Made by a program: the position numbers and the translations under genes. A stretch of 63,149 nt of DNA, the filler included, from Atractiella rhizophila (lineage: Eukaryota), in assembly GCA_021432655.1 (NCBI GenBank). It is 3 parts of 3 records of this genome, joined end to end, with 100 filler letters (N's around TTAATTAATTAA, not from the genome) between each part and the next. Parts side by side here need not be neighbours in the genome. Positions count along the whole stretch, not along the records: positions 22,881 to 45,504 come from MU271812.1; 2 more parts are not named here. One strand, written 5' to 3'. The notes beneath the pieces were generated by a model. It was given only the letters and a program-made list of their open reading frames with translations. It made no database searches and had not been told where the DNA came from. Each line of letters starts with the position of its first letter. Position 1 is the first letter of the stretch. Shown here piece after piece: positions 27,912 through 38,666 of the stretch.

Positions 27912-29298
27912 ATGTCCGCCGAAAATCAATCCTCAGCACCATCTCTTCCGCGAGGCAAGAAGCGCAAAATTCCATCCGGATTAACCGGCGTTCAGTTGTT
28001 CCAAACCTACACCGCTCTCGACCAAGCTTTGGGGATCTTCCTGACATGCCCAACAAATGAAGAATTGGACGATAGCGACGTTGATGTGAAAACCAAAAAC
28101 GCTTTTTTGGAGAGGCTGACGTCTCTTCGAGATGACCTTGGTAAGAAAATGGGGTCGCGCAAGGTATGTCCTCTTCGCTGAGTAAGTTCTGGGTGGCTCC
28201 GTAGTACCATTCAACCACATCTATCTCCATGCTCCATTTGGCTTATCTCTGACGGTTTACGCGTTCATTAGGACATCTCGTTCTCCTGTACGAAGGAGGA
28301 CATGGTTGCCACCTACCTCAGGCTCAAAACTGGGTTAACCTTCGGCTCCAAAAATCTAGACCAATCGATTATTGACACAAAAGTGGCCTCGTCGAATAAC
28401 CAGGCATACATGTCGTCGGAACAGTTTTTAATGCACCTCACCATGATTGAGAATTCTGTTCCACCGATTGTAACCGTTTCACGTCTCCCCCGTGTCTATT
28501 ACTCAGCACTTGTCACATAGAACGAAGCAGCTTCTCGGGTGCGCATTGACGCATTTCTATTTCGCCTACACGCCATGTGTCCCAACGACCACTATACAAT
28601 GTTCAATTTGGATATGTACAGTCAGGCATTGTCTGCAGAGGCTGTCCACCAGAAGCCTTCCCACCTCCAAGGTTACATAGACTACACTATTATCTTGAGT
28701 TCAATAAAAGCGAAAAACTCGTGTATGTTTCTCATTACTAACATAAGGGCTAATGACCAAATTACTTACTGTTCTCTTCCTAAGTTATACCAAATTTGAA
28801 CAGTGGTGCTTCTCTCAAAATCATCAATCTGAAGCGTGCCTGTCCGAAACCTGTTGCATTTTTCGTCCTCGAAGGGAAGACACTAGACTACAAGCTCGTT
28901 AACCACATACCTCAGGCGCAGCTAGAACTTTATGCATGTGCTCAGCAACTTGGGTCCGTCAGGTTTCAAGATTCAACCTCATTTCGATGCTAATCAGCCT
29001 GATTTTCAGAGTATCAATCATTCGAGGATGTTTGTCCTCTGGACGGGAATGGATTTTCCTCTCCCTCCAGCTTGCGGAAGATGGTGAGGTGTACTTTCAA
29101 AGCTCTGTCGGCATTCGATACACTGTGGATTGGAACTGGGACAACTGTCACATGTCTATTGCTAGGGGTAAGAATGATCCGAATCACATTTCAATCTTGC
29201 TGGATCATTGGGTGAAAAATAGCCAGAAAGCTTTAACGGCAGAAAATGATGGAGAGTTCTTTTTTATACTTGATGATCCTAATCAACCTAAGCGGTGA
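27912..29298 (+). CDS. PD-(D/E)XK restriction-endonuclease-fold protein (HsdR_N-like motif order), copy 1
   Basis: Five exons giving NEAASRVRID (28521), GYIDY (28671), FFVLEGK (EGK at 28871), IPQAQLEL and IRGCLSSGREWIF. Confidence 0.7.
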
Positions 29299-29397
29299 TA
29301 CTCGTGTAACACGTGTAAACACAATGAAACAATATTCCCTCCTCTATTTAATTATGAAGGCTCGAACCCTTGTGGCACAAAAACACTAACACGCTAG

Positions 29398-30156
29398 TTA
29401 TGACGAGGATGCTTCCGGCGGAGGACATTCATACTCATATTTCGGCATGGCTCGCGGTGAGGCTCCCATATCGTGCATGACCGGTTCGACCTCATGTCTG
29501 TACCTTTTCGCCATCACACCTGGATAGAACCGTTCAGAGTAAGTATGGTTTGAGGACGGAACATACGCTCATCGAGGAGACATAAGCAAGCATCTTCCAA
29601 CGGAAGAGCAACTTCGTCTTCCCGGTACTCGGGAAGAAGGATGGAGTCGTCGAGGACGATAGAACACTGAGATCGATTAGTGCTGAGCCAGCGTCGACTC
29701 GGGAGAAGAACTGCGCACCGAAGAAATGTCCACCGGTCGTCGCACTTCCAAAACTTTCCGCTCCTGACCGTCCACCGCAAAATCACATTCGAAGAGGATG
29801 TGATGACTGACATTTATTGGCGTTTCAGTGCCCGGAAATGTCGACGCCCGGATTTTGTTGTCGTCCGGTAAGCGCTTTTTGTCAATGAGAACAAACTCTT
29901 CTCCAACTTCGAGAGTCTTATACGGCTCCTTTGAAGTAAGAGCGCCAATTTGTTCTTTGTGCTCCCTCCAGATGACACGCTTTTGCGGTGGCGATCGATA
30001 TTCTCGTCCGCTTTTTGGGAACTTTAGGTGATAACTTTGAACTATGCTCCAAGTGATGGAGTAGATGTGAAGCTTGGAAGGAGGGGAAACGAGGGAGAAT
30101 CCGAGAACAATTATCCCTGATACCATCATATTGCGAGATGTTGCCCTGGCCATGTA
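29398..30156 (-). CDS. Possible arrestin-fold protein, 3' part (copy 1, cut by the 25-N gap)
   Basis: IRASTFPGTETPINVSHHILFECDF...RKVLEVRRPVDISS|CSIVLDDSILLPEY, resembling an arrestin C-domain followed by an LPxY motif. Confidence 0.4.
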
Positions 30157-30181
30157 NNNNNNNNNNNNNNNNNNNNNNNNN
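30157..30181. other. 25-N assembly gap
   Basis: Exactly 25 N. Confidence 0.97.
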
Positions 30182-33100
30182 TGGTTGGTAGAGGGCTTGA
30201 CATGAGTTCGTACCGGTACTTTTCCTTTTACTCTTTGGCGCTCGCTTCACCATCCTTTACCTTACCTGGATGGCTGTTGATGAAGGTCTGACAAACGTCA
30301 GGAGTACGTTGTAGGACCTCCTTTCCACTACGTATGGTAAGAGGACCTTAGGTCCTCCTACCCTTTCTACTTACTCGGTTCTCGTCTTTTGTACGAGTCC
30401 GGTCTCGAGCTATACAAGTTCCAAAGGTTCGCCCTCTCCTCTCGAGTTGAAAGCCGGTAGTTGTACTATCCAATGCTTCGTTGCCTGTTCTTCTGACGGT
30501 CTTTTCATTTGTTAACGTCTTCGACGCCTAGTTACCTAGCATCTCGGGAGAGGGAGTTCTCACATTATCAAAGGTCCTTCGGGAAGTCAGTAGGGAACGG
30601 TTGCCCATTCTTCTTTCTTCTTTCCTTCTTCGTTGTGTCCTGTATGGAAGTGTTTGTTAAAGTCATTGACGTTGTTGGAGTGGAACGGTTACACGGTTGG
30701 TCCTTCGTAAGCACATAGGAGTTTTGACGTAGTTGTTGACCCGTAGGGTTCTTGTAGAGCTTAGCTGTTTGAAGACATATGGTTGTGGTCTCTCCCTGTA
30801 GTGGTGAACTGAGGCAAGATGAGGCTGTGAAAGAAATGAGGGGGAGGAAGGAGAGGGAGGTTTCGCTAGTAGACGGAAGGTAAGCGGGTAAAGGCGGGCT
30901 CCGTACAGTTTGGTGAGAGATAGGAGATGCGGTGGGCTGTAGTCCGTGCACATGTATCCCAATGCCCGGTAGCGGTTGTACTAATGGCGGTCGCTTAGAT
31001 GTGGTATGCCAGTTCCGCTCCTCTGCCTAGTCCTTCCCTCGCTGTAAGGTACAGTAATTCGTAAAGCCCGTTGTAGAATCCTTGTAAAGCTCCCTCCTAT
31101 TCGTGTGTCACTTCTCTCTTGACCTACGGCGCCACCTTCTTCTTCTTCCCTCCTTCACCACTTGAAGAAAGAACCTCCTGTCCAAGTTCCCCCTAGCTCT
31201 CTTGTTTGACCAATAGCAGGGAGTAGGACCCTCCTTCTACCTTGGAAAGTTCGGAAGTCTTACTTCTGTTCTTGGCCATTTCTTCGGCGAGTAACTTCAG
31301 GAGTTGCTTTGTGTTTCCTTAACCTCCTGCCGAAGCTTATGCTGTCTACGTTGTGACAAGGTCTGCGAGGAGGGCTTTGTCGCGTTATCTTGAGAGGTCG
31401 GAGGGCAGATGTATCGTCTGGAGAGGCGGATGAGTCCTTGTGGTATGCCAGAGTTCCCTACCTCCTACTCTCGTGCTTGCTCTAGTTCGCACATCTTGAA
31501 CGGGAGCTCATACCACTCCCAACTGCTCTGCATTTGCTGCTACCCCTCTTTTACCATACGACGTGAAGTAGGTTTTAGAGAGGAGAGAGATCTTGACATT
31601 AGGTCTACTAACTGGTGTCGCCTTACCCATGTCCTTTTTCGGCACCTAGACCGGTTACTAGTCAGGATCGGTGGAACTTATTAGACTTGTACTCCCGCAG
31701 TACTCGTCTTCTTCTCCCTATATAATTAAGGTTAGGTTGGTAGTTGCAGTTTTCTTGAATAGCGCGGTTCTGAGTGTGAGTGGGACTAGCCTAGATGGTG
31801 GTCAAGATTGTAATGAGACCCTTGTCTTGTAGCTATCTCGTAATAAAGGAGGGGTGGGTGAGGTGGCGCAGGGCGTGTTGGTAGGATCGAAGGGACCGGT
31901 CCTCGATGCGCCCATCGAAAGCGTCCAACGAGCGTCCGGGGTTAGGTAGCTTGAGAGTGTTAGTTCGCTTTCTGGAGGGTCTTTTGGAATTAGCGCGCGA
32001 GCAACTGTTACGTCATTGGAGGCAGGCGTGGCCTCGCCCCTTCCGCTAGGGATTCCGCTTTTCTCTGCTTGACCGAAGATAAAGGCGCTTCAGAGCTAGA
32101 GGATGGTTCTGTCAGCGCGTTCCTTTCCACTTTCGCGATCTCTTCCTCCGTTGTATAGTAGAGTAGCTTTAAGTTCTGAAGAAGGAAGTCGGTGAGGAGT
32201 TGTCCATGACCTTCATGTAAGCTCTGTACTGCTGGTAGTTGGCGCTTATCGAGTGCATTAGGGGGTTTAATGCTTATGCTCGTCTGGTCTTTGCGTATTG
32301 AAGGGTGTGAGAGGTAGGAGGAAATGCGTCGTGTTTGCAGAGTGCTGAAGAGCTAGTGGGCGGAGTGAAGTTGGGAGCTTGACCAGGGTAGGAGCGGTGC
32401 GAAGACGGTCTTCTTTAGCTCCTTTTTCGCGACTTCACGTGAGAACACGTTAAGTTATCTACGTAGTACTTGGTTTGGTTCCTTCCTTCGAACACTCTTC
32501 AGTTCTACCGCTCTCTTCCGACCTGTTTCACTCTCACTCCGGTCAAGTTTGTCGTTCTAACACTAACTCGGTCTCCTTTTCCACTGGCTTCTAAAATTTT
32601 CCTATCTACAGAATGATCCAAATGTTGCGCGGCATATACTCTAATGTTTCCCCAGTTACAATTAAACACTGAACGTCCCATTACAGTTGAACTAGAATTA
32701 CCGATAACTGTAGATTATGTTAACTTTATGTTAACTTTGTCCTCAGACCGGTATGTAATGTCTACACAATCACTACACACCACTATTGGAGTTACCCATC
32801 TTAAAAGAAAGGCATATTAACAAGATTGTATAAGTATATCCGTAGGCCCGAATGTTATAAGCGGTCTTTGATAGAATTCGAAACTTGTAAATGTAGTTAC
32901 GGTCGTTTGGACGTACGAAAACCCTAATTTTCGATATAGGTTTGGACTTGTAAGTGAAAGAAGAGGTTTCCGAAGGTCAAGACCAAGTCCGTAGGTCCTA
33001 CTTCCTTTAGTACTTCTGCTCGTCTTCCTCCTACTTCTCCTATGTCGACGGGAACGTTGACGTTTTCTTCCCACTCAGGGACCATCGTACTAAGCCAATT

Positions 33101-35100
33101 CTATGTTAAATGACCGAATAAGTTTTGTAAGAATCTTTTCGTAACACGGGGAAGACACTACGTATAAACGGAAGTCATGAAGGATTTAGCAATTCCCTTT
33201 TTGATGTTTCTGACAACCAGCTACTTCTACGCGTTGGCTTAGGTTGAGACAACTTAGGTTTTGTACAGTTAGAGAGTAACCCTTTTACGGCACTTAAAAC
33301 GAAAAGAGTACTACGCGAAGTCTGATAGTAGGGGTTTTCCTTTCCTTTTCCCGACCAGTAGTAGTCATTTGACCCGCCTGAAACACTCCATGCAACATTA
33401 TTGAACGAATCAGGTATGAGAATGGACGAACAATCCCGACTGTGATACACGCCAGCGGCTATCCGCTACGCAGACATCACCTCCATTTGGATTCTCTTAT
33501 CATACCGTACTCCTCTGATTGGACATCACCTCCATTTGGATTCTCTTATGAGACTCCAGTGGTGGTGATGTAGAGCTACATATATATGTATACATTTTCG
33601 TGACGGTATTTGACATAGTATTCAAAGAACTTTGTACATTCTATCGATCTAGTCCTTTCGTTATTTTCCTTTTGAGCCTTTATTCTGTATGACTCGTCAT
33701 GTTCACTCTTTCCTGTTATTTCGTTATTACCTCTGCCACGTCTGGCCGCTTTACAAATTCCAAACGACTCGCCGCTAATCACACTCTGTCCCCTTCCGCC
33801 GCTAGTCGCTCTTGCACTCGTTTCGCCGCTACCCGTCCGAGCACCAGGATACCGTACCATTTCATCCAGTGCACTGAAGTCTACCACGTAAAGCCATTAC
33901 GCAACCCCGTTCGGACTGTTGTGGGGGTTTAAAGACTGAGCACATGCACTCAGTGCCTTAAAATTTCAATTCCAAACGCCGATCAAACCCGCTTTTAAAA
34001 AAGTCAAGATGGTGGTAGTGGGAGGCAGATGAAGAACGTTTTTTACAGCTGGCTACGCGTTGAGAAGCTGAAGCAAGACCGCTTGTTCCTATCGTTCCTC
34101 TCGTGGTAAAAGACCCTGTACCTCTTTCGCTTCCTCCACTTGAAACCCGCTAAGCGGCTACACGACCTCACCCCCTTTTCCACGATGGGAGACATACAGT
34201 TTAAAACACTACTCCACGTCCGACTCCCTCAAAAGAACAGAGTATATAAAACATACCATTGGGTAGCCGCTACCCTTCCACGCTTACCGAATACTCCGAC
34301 GGTTTCCAAAGCCACTATCTGCCCAAAACAGTAAAGGAGACGTCTACGGACACCTTCCAGACGTCCGTAACGCACTACTTGAAGCAGAAACCCGGCTTGT
34401 TCGCCACGAGCAGCTCCTCCTTCGCCACTTTGAGCCAAAAGTCGGGAGGCTCAGCCGCTTACCGCTGGGACAAAACGCTTCCTTTCTTGCTCTCGAAAAG
34501 AACAGACCGTGCTTTTTTGCGAACCGCTTCCTTCTTCTCCTTGCATTTGCCCATCGCGAACTTTTATTCGCTGCTCACCGCCTCCTTTTAAACGCTCGCG
34601 TTTTTAGCTAAAGCCGCCACTTTCCTGGGCTCCAGCCCCAACACTCCTGGGAGAGACTGGTAGACCAATGACGCTGTTGGAAACAAGACGGACGTCGCAA
34701 CCCCCTAGCTTTAGGCAAGCGGCCACGCGGCCAGTGGCTTAAGCATCACGCGCTGCCTTTTCACGCTTAGCCGCTGTTCCTTAACCTACGCCGCTTTATA
34801 GCGATGAAGACCGGTCCATGAGCGCTCCAGATAAGAGTACGACGCCGCTTGTAGTTAGACCCACTTAACCTTGAGCTTAACCAATAGTACTGAGGAGCCC
34901 GCTTGGACGCGTAGGAGGGATGCAATCGCTCGTAGCCTTGCGTCGCTACGTCATTAACATGGCCCTTTTAAGCTCGCCGCGGCCAGTTTCGTCGCTTTTT
35001 CTTCCGATTCCGACTGTTACTCAGAGTTCACACACTGAAGAGGCGACCCGTACAACGTTGGCGCAAGCCAGCCCAAACAAGCGCTACAGTGTCAAGCGCT
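30182..35100. repeat. Mirror (reversed, non-complemented) copy of 22881-~27090 plus ~170+ nt extra; probable assembly artefact
   Basis: Reading backwards from 34927 gives CTAACGTAGGGAGGATGCGCAGGTTCG = 22881 onward. 33541-33566 is the reverse of 24241-24266. Near-identical down to ~32578, noisy beyond. Right boundary lies between ~35090 and ~35230. Confidence 0.95.
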
Positions 35101-36006
35101 CCCAATCACAGGGAGGGAAATGGTTGGGGAAAAGAGGTGTACGGACGGCTTATGGGTCCGCAGCAATTTGCTGAGGAGCGATTGGAGCGCAGTTCTCCGA
35201 AGGTCCGTCCTACTTACCTTTCGAGGCTGACCATCGAGTTGCTGTTGGTCTTTATGAGGTGCGAGGCTAGAGAAGAAGAGGTATTGACACCGCGCATACT
35301 GAGTGGAGAGGTAAACTTCCGCTCGTCCTTCATCCGTCCTCGAACGCGCGAGGAGGGCGAAGAGGACCTTGGTATGCTCCTCCCACTCGTTGTGAACTTT
35401 GGATAGTCCCACACCGTGCACGTAGTCAGCGTTGAAGAAGAGATGTCGATAAATGTCACAGAGAGAATGGTCGCGCAGGAGAAAGGGGATCAGGCAATCG
35501 ATGAAATCGAGCGAGAGGGGGTGGAGCTTGGCGCGTTCTTCTTTTGAGAGAAATGATGCGAAAAGCCTGTAAGTCGACATTGCGACTTCTGCACCTTCAA
35601 CGCTGGCATTGCTATCCGTCTCCGCGTCGCTATCCCTCTTCACAGTAATATCGCCGTCCACAGTGTGCATTCCTGAATGTGAAGGGATGAACCACTCCCA
35701 CAGATCTTGATAACTATCGCCCAATTGTCCATCCCAATCGATGACGATCTTTTGTATGATGACTCTCTGTACGGAGGGCAACTGACGGCGCAGGAAGGTG
35801 TGACCGCGTGCATAAGGGGATGGACGGAGAAGCGCGAGGACATGTTCCTTGGAAGGTAGAGGGGATGAGAGTTGCGCAGAGAGAGAGGGAGACGGGTTAG
35901 CGGCAGCTGGGGAAGGAAGGTCGGCGGTTGCAGGAGGGTTAAATGTAGATGGAGTTAGAAAAGGCGTGTCCTTGGAGTGTCGTGGAAGAATGATGTTTAT
36001 GTTCAT
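35092..36006 (-). CDS. Hypothetical protein (3' end may be cut by the mirror segment)
   Basis: 304-codon ATG ORF with protein-like composition; no family recognised. Confidence 0.55.
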   Translation of the reverse strand: MNINIILPRHSKDTPFLTPSTFNPPATADLPSPAAANPSPSLSAQLSSPLPSKEHVLALLRPSPYARGHTFLRRQLPSVQRVIIQKIVIDWDGQLGDSYQDLWEWFIPSHSGMHTVDGDITVKRDSDAETDSNASVEGAEVAMSTYRLFASFLSKEERAKLHPLSLDFIDCLIPFLLRDHSLCDIYRHLFFNADYVHGVGLSKVHNEWEEHTKVLFALLARSRTDEGRAEVYLSTQYARCQYLFFSSLAPHKDQQQLDGQPRKVSRTDLRRTALQSLLSKLLRTHKPSVHLFSPTISLPVIGSA

Positions 36007-36121
36007 GATGACATTCGTTGACTCGCAACCTTATTTTCAAATACATCCACACAGCATGATATATAGCGAAGTTTCGAAAATTCATCATCATTCCACCATC
36101 TCTCTGCATGCCACGCATGCC

Positions 36122-38365
36122 ACACTCTGCTCAATGTCTGACGAAAATCAATCCTCAGCACCATCTCTTCCGCAAGGCAAGCAGCGCAAAATTCCATCCG
36201 GATTAACCGGCGTTCAGTGGTTCCAAACGTACACCGCTCTGGACCAAGCTTTACAGATATTCCAGACGTGCCCAACAAATGAAGAATTGGACGACAGCGA
36301 CGTTGATGTGAAAACTAAAAACACTTTTTTGGAGAGGTTGACATCTCTTCGAGATGACCTTGGTAAGAAAATGGGGTCGCCTAAGGTATGCCCCATTCGC
36401 TGGGTCCATAGTAGCTTTCGAAGCACATTTTTTTCATGGATTCATTTACTTCATCTATCTCTGACGGTTTCGGGCTCATTAGGGCATTTCGTTCTCCAGT
36501 GCGAAGGAGGACATGGTTTCCACTTACCTTGGACTTAAAGCAGGGTTAACCTTCGGCACAAGAAATTTGGACCAATCGATTATAGACACAAAAGTGGCCT
36601 CGTCGAATAACCAGGCATACATGTCATCAGACCAGTTTTTAATGCACCTCACCATGATTGAAAACTCTGTGCCACCGATTGTATGTGTGTCACTTCTCCC
36701 TCGTGTCTATTGCTCAGCACGTCACATAGAATGAAGCAGCTTCTCGGGTGCGCATTGATGCATTTTTGTTTCGCCTACACGCCATGTGTCCCAACGACCA
36801 CTATACAATGTTCAATTTGGATATGTACAGTCAGGCATTGTCTGCAGAGGCTGTTCACCAGAAGCCTTCCCACCTCCAAGGTTACATAGACTACATTATT
36901 ATCTTGAGTTCAATAAAAGCGAAAAACTCGTGTATGTTTCTCATTACTAAGAAAAGGGCTAATGACAACATTGCTTACTGTTCTCATCCTAAGTTATACC
37001 AAATTTGAACAGTGGTGCTTCTCTCAAAATCATCAATCTGAAGTGTGCCTGTCCGAAACCTGTTGCATTTTTCGTCCTCGAAGGGAAGACACTAGACGAC
37101 AAGCTCGTTAACCACATACCTCAGGCGCAGCTAGAACTTTATGCATGTGCTCAGCAACTTGGGTCCGTCAGGTTTCAAGATTCAACCTCATTTCGATGCT
37201 AATCAGCCTGATTTTCAGAGTATCAATCATTCGAGGATGTTTGTCCTCTGGACGGGAATGGATTTTCCTCTACCTCCAGCTTGCGGAAGATGGTGAGGTG
37301 TACTTTCGAAGCTCTGTCGGCATTCGATACACTGTGGATTGGAACTGGGACAACTGTCACATGTCTATTGCTAGGGGTAAGAATGATCCGAATCACATTT
37401 CAATCTTGCTGGATCATTGGGTGAAAAATAGCCAGAAAGCTTTAACGGCAGAAAATGATGGAGAGTTCTTTTTTATACTTGATGATCCTAATCAACCTAA
37501 GCGGTGATACTCGTGTAACACGTGTAAACACAATGAAACAATATTCCCTCCTCTATTTAATTATGAAGGCTCGAACCCTTGTGGCACAAAAACACTAACA
37601 CGCTAGTTATGACGAGGATGCTTCCGGCGGAGGACATTCATACTCATATTTCGGCATGGCTCGCGGTGAGGCTCCCATATCGTGCATGACCGGTTCGACC
37701 TCATGTCTGTACCTTTTCGCCATCACACCTGGATAGAACCGTTCAGAGTAAGTATGGTTTGAGGACGGAACATACGCTCATCGAGGAGACATAAGCAAGC
37801 ATCTTCCAACGGAAGAGCAACTTCGTCTTCCCGGTACTCGGGAAGAAGGATGGAGTCGTCGAGGACGATAGAACACTGAGATCGATTAGTGCTGAGCCAG
37901 CGTCGACTCGGGAGAAGAACTGCGCACCGAAGAAATGTCCACCGGTCGTCGCACTTCCAAAACTTTCCGCTCCTGACCGTCCACCGCAAAATCACATTCG
38001 AAGAGGATGTGATGACTGACATTTATTGGCGTTTCAGTGCCCGGAAATGTCGACGCCCGGATTTTGTTGTCGTCCGGTAAGCGCTTTTTGTCAATGAGAA
38101 CAAACTCTTCTCCAACTTCGAGAGTCTTATACGGCTCCTTTGAAGTAAGAGCGCCAATTTGTTCTTTGTGCTCCCTCCAGATGACACGCTTTTGCGGTGG
38201 CGATCGATATTCTCGTCCGCTTTTTGGGAACTTTAGGTGATAACTTTGAACTATGCTCCAAGTGATGGAGTAGATGTGAAGCTTGGAAGGAGGGGAAACG
38301 AGGGAGAATCCGAGAACAATTATCCCTGATACCATCATATTGCGAGATGTTGCCCTGGCCATGTA
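36122..38365 (+). repeat. ~2.25-kb direct repeat, copy 2
   Basis: Matches 27900-30156; ends at GGCCATGTA, exactly where copy 1 hits the 25-N gap. Confidence 0.95.
36134..37507 (+). CDS. PD-(D/E)XK restriction-endonuclease-fold protein, copy 2
   Basis: Same exon structure and motifs as 27912-29298, with frame-preserving substitutions in the 5' exons. Confidence 0.7.
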
Positions 38366-38600
38366 CGGCTACCTCATGCCCACGGCAGTCAGTTCATGAG
38401 TATTAGGATGAGTTCGACGCACACCGACATCCTCATGCACATCCTGCACTTCCAGCCCAAGACCAGCTGGTGTGCTGTTCTCCGGTGTCGGATTGACGAC
38501 GAAGTATAATGGCTTATGACAGCTGATGTTTGAGTTGAGGACCCCGACGCCTTTCACGATTGCTGAAAGCTTCTGATAAACTCTTCCATATTGTCCACGA
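37607..38600 (-). CDS. Possible arrestin-fold protein (copy 2); 5' end near the transposon terminus, possibly truncated
   Basis: Same translation as 29398-30156 with extra upstream ORF 38369-38557. Confidence 0.4.
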
Positions 38601-38666
38601 TCGTAGGGCGAGGAACTAGCAGGAATGATAAATGAGAATTCGAAGCTGGATAATTCACGTCCATAA

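Larger units (their letters stand above)
27900..30156 (+). repeat. ~2.25-kb direct repeat, copy 1 (copy 2 at 36122-38365)
   Basis: Paired ORFs at offset 8209 (28796/37005, 28936/37145, 29677/37886). 5' part diverged, 3' ~1 kb identical by eye. Confidence 0.95.

Noticed and set aside
30182..34930. ORFs in the supplied track (30509, 30568, 31409, 32817, 33175, 33576, 34259 etc.)
   Set aside because: They fall in the mirror-image block; the coding information there is in the complement or reverse reading, so these are chance ORFs.
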